NCBI GenBank assembly: GCA_046075565.1
Contig: JBJTQJ010000076.1
Coordinates: forward strand, 1-10,756
Direction: 5' to 3'
Length of the DNA stretch: 10,756 nt
Source of the DNA: Verrucomicrobiales bacterium
GTDB lineage: Bacteria; Verrucomicrobiota; Verrucomicrobiia; Verrucomicrobiales; SLCJ01
Shown here piece by piece: positions 1 through 7,322 of this stretch; position 1 is the first letter of the stretch; each line of letters starts with the position of its first letter. The position numbers were made by a program, and so were the translations under genes. A model generated the notes under the pieces. The model was not told the origin of the DNA and ran no database searches. It was given only the letters and a program-made list of their open reading frames with translations.

Positions 1-141
1 CGCCGTCCTTGTCGAAATCTCCGATGCCTGGGAATCCGGAAAATCCTACCTCAAACCACAAAGCTAACAGAACCAAAGAACCACAGCCCACACTTCAACT
101 ATAGGTCATGGTGACTTTTACAGAAAAAGTTTTGCACAGCC
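1..141 (+). mobile_element. Right end of an IS256-family insertion sequence; terminal inverted repeat at about 116-141
   Basis: The reverse complement of 116-141 is GGCTGTGCAAAACTTTTTCTGTAAAA. TGTAAA sits at positions 20-25 from the end, as in IS256-family termini, just downstream of the transposase stop. The left end and the target duplication partner lie outside the window. Confidence 0.7.
2..67 (+). CDS. C-terminal end of an IS256-family (mutator-type) transposase, truncated by the window edge
   Basis: Frame 2 reads AVLVEISDAWESGKSYLKPQS* (TAA at 65-67). This matches the typical IS256 transposase C-terminus (A-h-L-x-E-x-x-E/D-x-W-x-x-G-K/R-x-Y-L), and an IS256-like terminal repeat follows about 50 bp downstream. 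Confidence 0.75.
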   Translation, partial: AVLVEISDAWESGKSYLKPQS

Positions 142-437
142 CAAGGTCCATGGCCTCAGACGTTCGGGCGACTTCCGTGCAGCCGTAACCAATCTTCAGG
201 TTTTCGGGGATGTGGATGCTAGGGAAATTCGTACGAATCAATGGAATGCTTCGGATGAGCGTATTATGACCCTCGTTTAGAAATTTTAGCAAGTGATCAG
301 GCCTTTTTGCCCCCACAAATATGGTTTCTCCGGTCTTTTCCCTACAAATCGAACTCATTCCTACGAAAATTAAACGGATACTGAGAATTCTACCCCGGTC
401 GGACCACGCCTTCGCAAAAAGTTTGCCGAAGGATTGC

Positions 438-466
438 TTGTTGCGCCGACTTACGCGCGCTAGAAT
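438..466 (+). promoter_or_regulatory. Putative sigma70 promoter of the OB-fold gene
   Basis: TTGTTG (438-443), a 17-bp spacer, then TAGAAT (461-466), 22 bp before the ATG at 489. Confidence 0.4.
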
Positions 467-488
467 CCATAAATTAGCCGTTCACTCC

Positions 489-956
489 ATGAAACTTTTT
501 AGCCAAACCGTTATCATCGCCCTCTGTATCGCTGGTTTTGCCACCGCAGAGGAGCCCGCCGCCCAGGCTCCCGCCGAGGCCGCACCCGCACCAGTGGTCC
601 TCAAAGCCACCGACAGGGAAGGCCTCAAGGCGGCCGTGGATAAAACCGCCACCGTCACCGGCAAAATCCAGCGCGCCAACGCTTGGGACGGCGGCATCAC
701 CTTCCTGAACCTCGAAGGCGGCTTCACCGTCGTCTGCTTCAAGAAGAATTACGGCAAATTCCCCTCCCCTCCCGACCAACTCTTTGCCCAAGGCAAAACC
801 ATCGAGGTGACCGGCAAGGTGAAACTCCACAAAGATCGCCCGGAAATCGAAATCACCGGCCCGGATCAAATAAAGGTCATCGCCGACGCCCCCGCCGCTC
901 CGCCCGCCGCCGCCCCCGAGGCGCCGAAGGAGGAGAAGAAAGCGGAGAATCCGTGA
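489..956 (+). CDS. Secreted OB-fold (nucleic-acid/oligosaccharide-binding-like) protein, 155 aa
   Basis: The ATG at 489 is preferred over 321 because it begins a signal peptide (MKLFSQTVIIALCIAGFATA-EE) and GC3-rich codon usage. The core 'TATVTGKI...TFLNL..FTVVCF...GKTIEVTGKVKLHKDRPEIEITGPDQI' is an OB-fold strand pattern. Ala/Pro-rich linkers lie on both sides. Confidence 0.75.
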   Translation: MKLFSQTVIIALCIAGFATAEEPAAQAPAEAAPAPVVLKATDREGLKAAVDKTATVTGKIQRANAWDGGITFLNLEGGFTVVCFKKNYGKFPSPPDQLFAQGKTIEVTGKVKLHKDRPEIEITGPDQIKVIADAPAAPPAAAPEAPKEEKKAENP

Positions 957-1110
957 TTCGGATGTGCCAGTTCGCCGGAGACGCCCAGATCTTCGAGAAG
1001 CTCCTACATCCAGATCACCTCAAAATAGACGGCACCAACGCCGTGACGTGCCATATATATAGTCCGCAGGGCAACGGGCAACTGTCGTTTCCTCGACTGT
1101 AAGTTCATCC

Positions 1111-1632
1111 ATGCACACCCTCGGCGACATGGCGAAAGCCCTCAACCGCCCGCCGGTTTACCTCCACGGCTTGATGGCGCGATTTGTCTTACCCGTGCTC
1201 GAGGGCGCGGGTTATTCAGACGCCTATCTGGCTTTCCTGAGGACGCTTCTATATTTGCGCGTGCTAAACGTGAAAGAAGACACCTTGCGCGAGCTGTGGC
1301 ATCTGGAAAAGAAATTGCTCCAACTTCTGCATGTGGATTCCACCGGCTCGCCGACCTGGTTCCTTGATGCTTGCGGACAAACCACCAATCCGCGCCAAAG
1401 ACTCCTGTTGACGAATTTTGACATTGGCGTGGCCATTCCGTCCGGCGCTCTGCAACTCGGTTTGAATTTCGGGACGGACCTCCCTGAGCTTTTCGCCGGC
1501 TCGGACATGGGCGAAGACGCGCTCCGCATCCTACGTGATTGCCAGACGGTGATGACCCGCATCCAGAGCGATGTAAAAGCCGAACTTCCCCTGCTGCGCG
1601 GTGCGGCCCGTTGGTCGGCCCGTTTGGGGTAG
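1111..1632 (+). CDS. Hypothetical protein with MerR-like N-terminal helix-turn-helix, 173 aa
   Basis: Clean ORF. The N-terminus 'TLGDMAKALNRPPVYL...LP...GYSDAYLAFLRTLLYLRVLNVKEDTLRELW' parallels the MerR pattern 'TIGEVAK..GV....L...LLP...YS..DL..L..I..LR.LG.SL..I..LL'. The family assignment is by eye. Confidence 0.7.
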   Translation: MHTLGDMAKALNRPPVYLHGLMARFVLPVLEGAGYSDAYLAFLRTLLYLRVLNVKEDTLRELWHLEKKLLQLLHVDSTGSPTWFLDACGQTTNPRQRLLLTNFDIGVAIPSGALQLGLNFGTDLPELFAGSDMGEDALRILRDCQTVMTRIQSDVKAELPLLRGAARWSARLG

Positions 1633-1722
1633 CCATCGAGACCCCGTTGCCATTTATTGCCAGATAAAGCTGCAATTCCAGGGGAAATCACGCTGCCAGC
1701 CTTCTTCCAAAGTGGAAATCTT

Positions 1723-1797
<75 letters not shown>

Positions 1798-1812
1798 ATT
1801 CACGGGAGGAAA

Positions 1813-1840
1813 ACTGTATCCGGGACGGGTTTTTTGTCAA
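1813..1840 (-). promoter_or_regulatory. Sigma70 promoter of the tRNA
   Basis: On the minus strand: consensus TTGACA (1840-1835), a 16-bp spacer, then TACAGT (1818-1813), 15 bp upstream of the mature tRNA 5' end. A 16-bp spacer is typical of stable-RNA promoters. Confidence 0.7.
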
Positions 1841-1994
1841 GACGGGGAGGAATGTCGCCGGATGGCATGGGAACGCCCGTGAGGCTTTCCATGCTGACGG
1901 TTTCTCGACCCGGAGGGCAAAGGCAGATTCGCCGACGGCGTGCACCACCGGAAAACAGCAGGTCAAATGATCCGCGACGAGACCTTGTTTTCCC

Positions 1995-3380
1995 TCACGG
2001 CTCCAACTTGATCACGGAAACATCCGGGTCGGGCAGCTTGTCGCCGGTTTCTACGATGGTCGTTTCACCTTCAATGCGGATGGTGGCTGGCGTTCCCCCT
2101 TGCAGCCAGGTGGCGCGGGAGAATTTGCCCGGCACGGTGACTTCGGTGTTTCCCTTGAGGTCATGGAGGTGCAGGTAAAGCACGTCCCCTTTGCGGGTGA
2201 GGCGGGCATCGGCTTTCGGAATCACCGCTCCACCGGCCGTTGTTCCATAGATGGCCTCGCCGTTCACTTTCATCCATTCGCCCATGCGGCGGAGACTCGC
2301 CACCGATTCCTCCGGCACGGAACCATCGCCCTTCGGCCCGATGTTGAGGAGAAGGTTGCCTCCTTTGGAACTGATGTCGGAAAGAGTGCGGATGAGATCC
2401 GCGGCCGATTTCCATTTCTTATCGTGGATGCTGTATCCCCATGTGGTGTTCATGGTCATACACGTCTCCCAATCGGTGCCCGGCATGCCGGTGGGCGGCA
2501 CATGGTTTTCCGGCGTGATGAAATCGCCGTAGCGGGTATCGAGCGTGGTGGTGATATTGTGGGTGCCCATGCCATCGAACCCGGCTTCGGGCAAACGGTA
2601 GAGGCGGTTGTTCATGATGGTGGCGGGCTGGTGTTTCCGAACCATGGCCATGAGATCGCTTGCTTTCCATGCCTCGTCACCCTGGAAATCGGTGGCGCTG
2701 TAATCCCACCAGACCACATCCACCTTGCCGTAGTTCGCGAGCAATTCTCCGACTTGCTTGTGCAGGTATTCGATATACTTCGCGTGGTCCCGCGGGGCTG
2801 TGGCTTTTTCGCGTGCTTCTTTTGGATAAGGAAGTTTCGTGGATCGGGTGAAATCATATTCCGGATGATGCCAGTCGATGACGGAATGGTAATAACCGAC
2901 CTTCAGTCCGGCCGCGCGGGTGGCCTCGGTGATCTCCTTCACCAGATCGCGTTGCAAAAGATCTCCCGCGTCGAAATTCCCCGCCTTGCTATCGTGCAGG
3001 GAGAATCCTTCGTGGTGTTTGGTCGTGAAAACGAGATAGCGGCAGCCGGCTTCCTTGGCGAGATCGGCCCATTCGGTGGCGAAGCCCTGCTTCGGCTGGA
3101 ACTTCGGGGCAGCTTCGGCAAAATAGGTATTGGTATCCACCCCGACACGTTGCTGAATCCACTCCATGCCACCCGAGTCGGCGACTTTTTTCCCTTTCCA
3201 ATTGCCGGCGAGACCGGAATAGAGGCCCCAGTGCACGAACATCCCGAAGCGCGCCTCCCGCCACCACCCCATGCGGGCCTCCCGCGCCTCCGGCGCTTCC
3301 TTTTCCGCAAGCGCTGCGGAAATCTGGGATGGAATCAAGGCGGCCATAAGCACAACAGCGGAGAGATGGATCTTCGACAT
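1995..3380 (-). CDS. Alpha-L-fucosidase, glycoside hydrolase family 29, with signal peptide, 461 aa
   Basis: GH29 motifs: [29 protein letters not shown] (nucleophile Asp), [18 protein letters not shown] and [16 protein letters not shown]. The N-terminus is a hydrophobic signal peptide. Confidence 0.95.
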   Translation of the reverse strand: MSKIHLSAVVLMAALIPSQISAALAEKEAPEAREARMGWWREARFGMFVHWGLYSGLAGNWKGKKVADSGGMEWIQQRVGVDTNTYFAEAAPKFQPKQGFATEWADLAKEAGCRYLVFTTKHHEGFSLHDSKAGNFDAGDLLQRDLVKEITEATRAAGLKVGYYHSVIDWHHPEYDFTRSTKLPYPKEAREKATAPRDHAKYIEYLHKQVGELLANYGKVDVVWWDYSATDFQGDEAWKASDLMAMVRKHQPATIMNNRLYRLPEAGFDGMGTHNITTTLDTRYGDFITPENHVPPTGMPGTDWETCMTMNTTWGYSIHDKKWKSAADLIRTLSDISSKGGNLLLNIGPKGDGSVPEESVASLRRMGEWMKVNGEAIYGTTAGGAVIPKADARLTRKGDVLYLHLHDLKGNTEVTVPGKFSRATWLQGGTPATIRIEGETTIVETGDKLPDPDVSVIKLEP

Positions 3381-3422
3381 TGTGATTTGTTACGCGAAGG
3401 GGCCACGACCCCTTGCAGATTT

Positions 3423-4721
3423 TTACCTTCTTGACCGACCGCGCCCGGAGTTGGGGCGTCGATCCTGCGAGGAGGACGAACGTTCTCCGCGAGCCGAAAA
3501 TTGACCGCGACTGGAATCCTGCGCGCGACCTTGGCCCTGATTGCCGCCGCGCGTCCGCTGGGACTGCGGTGGTGGTGGCGGCGGCGTGCTCAGGTCGAGT
3601 CCGGCGCAGATGCGGTGGGGCAAACCGCGTCCGATGAAGCGCTCAAGCGAACGCAACGACGCACGATCATCCGGAGTGATGAAACTGATCGCGTCACCCA
3701 CCGCGCGGGCTCGACCGGTGCGTCCAATGCGATGCACGTAGTCCTCCGCCTGCGGCGGGAAGTCGTAGTTGATCACATGGGAAATGCCTTCCACGTCGAT
3801 GCCGCGAGCGGCAATGTCGGTGGCCACAAGCACACGCACCAGCCCGTCTTTGAATTCCTTGAGCGCGCGCAGGCGTTGGTTCTGCGAACGATTCGAGTGC
3901 AAGGTGCCGCAACGGATGCCCTGCACTTCGAGTTTTCTCGCGACTTTGTCGGCACCATGTTTCGTGCGGGTGAAAACGAGCACGCTGTCCATCACCGGAT
4001 CCTTGAGCAATTCCGAAAGCAAGGCAAGCTTGAGATGGGTTGGCACTTCATAGCCCCATTGGGCCACCGACTCCGCCGGGTTGGATCGTTTGCCCACCTG
4101 CACCACCTTCGGCGAGTGCTGGAACTCTTTGGTAAGCGCTTCAATTTCGGGCGACAAGGTGGCGGAAAACAAGAGAGTCTGTCGCCGCGTGGGCATGTGT
4201 TTCACGATCCGTTTGATCGATGGCAAGAAACCCATGTCGAGCATGCGGTCGGCCTCATCGAGCACGAGGCAATCGAGCCCGCGGAAGTCGCCATGCCCTT
4301 GGCCCATGAGATCGAGCAAGCGGCCCGGGCAGGCGATGATGATATTCGCACCGGCACGCAGCGCGTCGATCTGCGGGCGCTCCCCCACCCCGCCGAAGAC
4401 CGTGGCCACCCGGACAGGGAAATGGGCCGAATACTTTTTCACGTTCTCTTCGATCTGGGCGGCAAGTTCCCTCGTCGGGGCGAGGATCAAGGTGCGGATG
4501 CCAGGCTGGCGACGCCCTCCACTGGCCTTGGCCATACGGCTCAAGACGGGCAAGGTGAAGGCCGCGGTTTTGCCCGTGCCGGTCTGGGCAATGCCAATCA
4601 CGTCATGGCCGGTGAGCACCACCGGAATGGCGGCGGATTGGATCGGAGTAGGTTCGACATAGCCGGCGTCCTTGACGGCCTGGAGGATGGCGGGCTCGAG
4701 CCCGAGGGAGGTAAAAGGCAT
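3423..4721 (-). CDS. rhlE: DEAD-box ATP-dependent RNA helicase, RhlE-like, 432 aa
   Basis: Q motif GYVEPTPIQ, motif I AQTGTGKT, Ia PTRELA, Ib ACPGRL, II DEAD, III SAT, V ATDIAARGID and VI HRIGRTGRA. It has 'VFTRTKHGAD' and a basic, low-complexity C-tail with no DbpA domain, as in RhlE. Confidence 0.92.
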   Translation of the reverse strand: MPFTSLGLEPAILQAVKDAGYVEPTPIQSAAIPVVLTGHDVIGIAQTGTGKTAAFTLPVLSRMAKASGGRRQPGIRTLILAPTRELAAQIEENVKKYSAHFPVRVATVFGGVGERPQIDALRAGANIIIACPGRLLDLMGQGHGDFRGLDCLVLDEADRMLDMGFLPSIKRIVKHMPTRRQTLLFSATLSPEIEALTKEFQHSPKVVQVGKRSNPAESVAQWGYEVPTHLKLALLSELLKDPVMDSVLVFTRTKHGADKVARKLEVQGIRCGTLHSNRSQNQRLRALKEFKDGLVRVLVATDIAARGIDVEGISHVINYDFPPQAEDYVHRIGRTGRARAVGDAISFITPDDRASLRSLERFIGRGLPHRICAGLDLSTPPPPPPQSQRTRGGNQGQGRAQDSSRGQFSARGERSSSSQDRRPNSGRGRSRR

Positions 4722-4785
4722 GGACCGGAAGTTTACACCAGATCGAGGAAGCGTGCTTGAAAGATTTCAGGGCTGAGGGAAAGAC

Positions 4786-4811
4786 GGCAAAAAGATGGTT
4801 GGCAAAAAGAT
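4786..4811 (+). repeat. GGCAAAAAGAT doublet (15-bp period), left arm of an inverted pair
   Basis: GGCAAAAAGAT at 4786-4796 and 4801-4811. The inverted counterpart is at 5783-5808. Confidence 0.85.
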
Positions 4812-4942
4812 TTTCAGCAGCATGCGGAATGATGAAATGCTCACCCGCAGGAAACCAAGTCAAGTGCTCGGTAACGTCGCGAAACTAGAGGAGACGGGAA
4901 AGCCAGGAAGGCCAGTCAAAAGCCAGCAGGAGGTTTGCGGAC

Positions 4943-4964
4943 AGGAGAACTGAAGGAGAACTGA
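4943..4964 (+). repeat. Perfect 11-bp tandem duplication AGGAGAACTGA x2
   Basis: Copies at 4943-4953 and 4954-4964, directly abutting the stop codon (4965-4967) of the minus-strand ORF. Confidence 0.8.
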
Positions 4965-5450
4965 TCATTCCGAGAGAATTTCCTTCACGAGTTCTAGAGT
5001 CATCGTGGGGGAGCCGAGCGGGGCGTCCAGCGCGATGGAATCGCTCTCGACAACATTACGGGCTTGCACCACCCGCTCGATGACATCGTTCAGGGTAACA
5101 AATTCTTCAGCATGGAATCCACTAGTTCCCGAATTCAACTCAAATTCCAGCCAGTCGGATAAGTTTTCCAATTCGGCATGAACGCCAAGACAACCATCGC
5201 GACTGGAAAGCTCTTCGCAAAGCCGATCCTGTGGCCGAAGTTTCCCCGGCTCTACCCCTAGATTGTGAGCAGCCGCAATCCAGACGGATTGCCACGCTTG
5301 CAAGGATACACTTGAGCCAGATTGCTCATGAAGAATGTCAAGACCGACCGACGGGCGGGACAAAAATCGCTCGGCCAAACTCTCTCCGAATAGCCTCTTC
5401 TTGAGGCCTTTCCAAATTGGGTTGCTATCAATTTTAGCTGGTCCGTGCAT
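4965..5450 (-). CDS. Hypothetical protein with acyl-carrier-protein-like fold pattern, about 161 aa
   Basis: ORF with ATG at 5450 (alternative TTG at 5459) and less GC-biased codon usage than its neighbours. 'AHNLGVEPGKLRPQDRLCEEL...LSDWLEFEL...AEEFVTLNDVIERV' follows the ACP helix pattern but has no DSL phosphopantetheine motif. Confidence 0.6.
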   Translation of the reverse strand: MHGPAKIDSNPIWKGLKKRLFGESLAERFLSRPSVGLDILHEQSGSSVSLQAWQSVWIAAAHNLGVEPGKLRPQDRLCEELSSRDGCLGVHAELENLSDWLEFELNSGTSGFHAEEFVTLNDVIERVVQARNVVESDSIALDAPLGSPTMTLELVKEILSE

Positions 5451-5568
5451 ATTCAGCAATTCCCGAATATGCCCGCTTTTTTAAAGAAAGACAGGGGCAT
5501 TGAGAATTCGTTCGCAAAAAAGTCCCTGGCGAGCGCCTCCGCCCAACACTGTCTGCTTTGCACCAATC

Positions 5569-5784
5569 TTAATGGATGAATGCCTGTTCCCAAGGCAAGA
5601 CCGGGACGGTCTTGCTACCACTCTGATAGATGCTACCAGGCCAAATCCCTTTGGGTTTCCGGGTTAATCGCAAGAGCGTCTCGCTCTCGCCCCCAAGGAA
5701 TGGGTCAGAGGCGCAGCAAAAGCAATCGCAAATTGCGCTATAGAAGCCAGTATTAATCTCGTCCACCCGAACCCTTTCTCCCAT
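5569..5784 (-). pseudogene. Possible 5'-truncated gene fragment (Cys-rich, 71 codons)
   Basis: Open frame '...FYSAICDCFCCASDPF...' on the same strand, upstream of the ACP-like ORF. Its only ATG overlaps the flanking repeat (5782-5784), so the start looks artefactual. Confidence 0.3.
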
Positions 5785-5808
5785 CTTTTTGCCCCACGTC
5801 TTTTTGCC
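5783..5808 (-). repeat. GGCAAAAAGA(C/T) doublet (15-bp period), right arm of the inverted pair
   Basis: Plus strand ATCTTTTTGCC (5783-5793) and GTCTTTTTGCC (5798-5808), with a degenerate third unit ATCTCTTGGCG at 5813. Bases 5798-5829 can also fold as an imperfect hairpin just after the VC0807-family gene stop. Confidence 0.85.
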
Positions 5809-5847
5809 AAAAATCTCTTGGCGAAAGACATGGTTGCCAGATATCCC

Positions 5848-6627
5848 TCACCTCGGCACAAGCATAGAGTCGCGGTCGAGGCCGGTGAGTTCGGAGAGTT
5901 TTTTCAACATACGGTGGAGGGTGGCCATGAGCATGATCATGATAGGCACGCCAATAACGATGAATCCCCAGAAGGTTTGTTTTCCCACCGCCGCATTATA
6001 GGCCTCGCGGGCCCCCGGCGCGTTTGTATCCACCGAACCGAGGAAATACATGCCGAGGAAGAAATTGAGGGCGGTCGAAATGAGGAAGGATCCCCCGAAG
6101 GCGAGCGCAGCCTGCCAGAGCAATCGGTCGAACTCGGGGCGCTGGCCTTTTTCCGCGATGACCCGTTCGATTCTCGCGACGTCGAAGATGTCGGGATTGA
6201 AGAGCAGCACGCGTACGAGCGGCGAACGGGTCCGGTGCGAGAGGATGACACAAAGGCCGAGAACGAACGGGATGGATGCCTCTTTCAGCGCGAACATAAG
6301 TGCGGCTTTCGGATGGATGGTGCCATCGGGCCGCCAGGATAACAAAGTGATGCCACCGGTGAGCAGCACACTACCGAGTCCGATGAAAGAGAAGGCATTC
6401 GCTTTTTTCGTGCGCAAGTAAAACCAAATGCCGTAGCCGAGGGGAAAGAGAATGGCGATGGTCATCCCCCAAACCGGACCGATGTGCCATGGTCTTGTCC
6501 CTTCCTTGCTGAGCGCGCTCAAGGCCACCACCGGGATGATGACATTGAGGAGGAAGTTGTGAAGCGGGTTCTCCTTGGGAGGATTAGCCGCCGGCGTTGC
6601 GGGGGGAACTGTCATGCGTGCGGACAT
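5848..6627 (-). CDS. VC0807-family integral membrane protein, 259 aa
   Basis: About 6-7 hydrophobic segments. The motifs 'NPL.N.LLNVIIP.V.L..LS', 'ILFPLGYG', 'SVLLTGGI', 'ALKEASIP', 'SF.IS..LNF.L' and 'AYN...GK' match my recollection of the VC0807 family. An alternative start is at 6615. Confidence 0.8.
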   Translation of the reverse strand: MSARMTVPPATPAANPPKENPLHNFLLNVIIPVVALSALSKEGTRPWHIGPVWGMTIAILFPLGYGIWFYLRTKKANAFSFIGLGSVLLTGGITLLSWRPDGTIHPKAALMFALKEASIPFVLGLCVILSHRTRSPLVRVLLFNPDIFDVARIERVIAEKGQRPEFDRLLWQAALAFGGSFLISTALNFFLGMYFLGSVDTNAPGAREAYNAAVGKQTFWGFIVIGVPIMIMLMATLHRMLKKLSELTGLDRDSMLVPR

Positions 6628-6670
6628 GTTGCGCGGCGGAGGCCTGCGTGCAAGCGGGGAAAATGGGGAT

Positions 6671-6704
6671 AAGACTCAAGACGGCAAGACTCAAGACACA
6701 AGAC
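6671..6704 (+). repeat. Five-unit AAGAC short tandem array (7-8 bp period)
   Basis: AAGACTC AAGACGGC AAGACTC AAGACAC AAGAC, with units starting at 6671, 6678, 6686, 6693 and 6700. Confidence 0.85.
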
Positions 6705-6755
6705 CGGGAAGCACTCAATAGCGAAGCGATGAAGCGTATGGGCGGCCAAAGTGTC

Positions 6756-6803
6756 GGACTGCGCCGGCAGAGGGAGCCTTTGGCGACCAACGACGGCGCT
6801 TTC
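6756..6803 (+). repeat. REP-like palindrome (GGACT foot, GCGCCG...CGGCGC stem)
   Basis: GGACT GCGCCG (6761-6766) ... CGGCGC (6794-6799) TTTC. The foot-plus-stem layout resembles REP sequences. Only one copy is in the window. Confidence 0.4.
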
Positions 6804-6837
6804 GGGTCGTGGCGGTGCCGATGAATTCTCCAGCGGA

Positions 6838-6863
6838 GCCGAACTAGGGCTCGGCGTTCCCAG
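6838..6863 (-). repeat. REP-like palindrome (CTGGGAAC foot, GCCGAGC-CCTA-GTTCGGC hairpin)
   Basis: Minus strand CTGGGAAC GCCGAGC CCTA GTTCGGC, a 7-bp stem with one G-T pair, about 40 bp downstream of the DUF423 gene stop. There is no U-tract. Confidence 0.5.
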
Positions 6864-6902
6864 GGGGACCTGGCGACCACGGACTGAATAGACGCACCCC
6901 GG

Positions 6903-7292
6903 CTAATCTCCATCTCCCCTCCGTGCCGGAGATGGCATGAACGCCAGCGCGAGCCAGCCGGCGAGCAGGGCGGTGCCGCCGATGGGCGTGATGGCTCCGA
7001 GCCAGCGTTCGTTGGTCAGGGCCATGAGATAAAGTGTGCCGGAGAAGATCAGAATGCCAAAGAGAAACAAGACGATGGGGAGTCGGCGTGCCCCGAGGGC
7101 GAGGGCACCGAGGGCGGCGACGGTATGCGTGAGGTGGTACAGCGAAGCTTTTTGCCACCACTCGGCGTGGGTGGGATGGGCCGTGAAATAATCCTTCAAC
7201 CCGTGTGCTCCGAAGGCCCCGAGGGCGACACCGAGAAATCCCGAGAGGGCAATCAAACGCAACCAGAGCGGCGGCAATGCGGATTTTTCCAT
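6903..7292 (-). CDS. DUF423 (YgdD/TMEM256 family) small membrane protein, 129 aa
   Basis: Signature motifs 'GVALGAFGAHGL', 'YHL.H', 'GILIFSGTLY' and 'LGAITPIGG...LAGW'. Confidence 0.92.
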   Translation of the reverse strand: MEKSALPPLWLRLIALSGFLGVALGAFGAHGLKDYFTAHPTHAEWWQKASLYHLTHTVAALGALALGARRLPIVLFLFGILIFSGTLYLMALTNERWLGAITPIGGTALLAGWLALAFMPSPARRGDGD

Positions 7293-7322
7293 CGGCTAAA
7301 CTATCATTCTAAAGAGGAAAAT

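Noticed and set aside
227-238. Perfect palindrome ATTCGTACGAAT
   Set aside because: Two or three 12-bp palindromes are expected by chance in a window this size, and there is no supporting context.
95-358. 87-aa minus-strand ORF as an intact gene
   Set aside because: Its 3' end runs through the IS256 terminal repeat and it has no recognisable motif. At most it is a remnant.
321-488. Extended N-termini from the ORF track (also 8506-8586, 8647-8715 and 9130-9234)
   Set aside because: The extensions run through promoter-like or repeat DNA and precede the family-typical or signal-peptide starts.
1865-1894. Hairpin GCATGGGAA...TTCCATGC between the fucosidase stop and the tRNA promoter as an intrinsic terminator
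   Set aside because: The stem is imperfect and there is no U-tract on either strand, so it cannot be supported as a terminator.
2100-4760. Long plus-strand ORFs 2100-3434 (444 aa) and 3501-4760 (419 aa)
   Set aside because: They are antisense shadows of the GH29 and helicase genes, expected from GC-rich codon bias, and carry no recognisable motifs. The same applies to 7789-8562 and 9253-10389.
5569-5850. The TGA stop of the VC0807-family gene is followed in frame by 92 sense codons and a nearby hairpin, suggesting selenocysteine or readthrough
   Set aside because: The membrane protein looks complete at this stop. The hairpin is part of the GGCAAAAAGA repeat rather than a SECIS-like element, and the open frame crosses the repeat. 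Coincidence is more likely.
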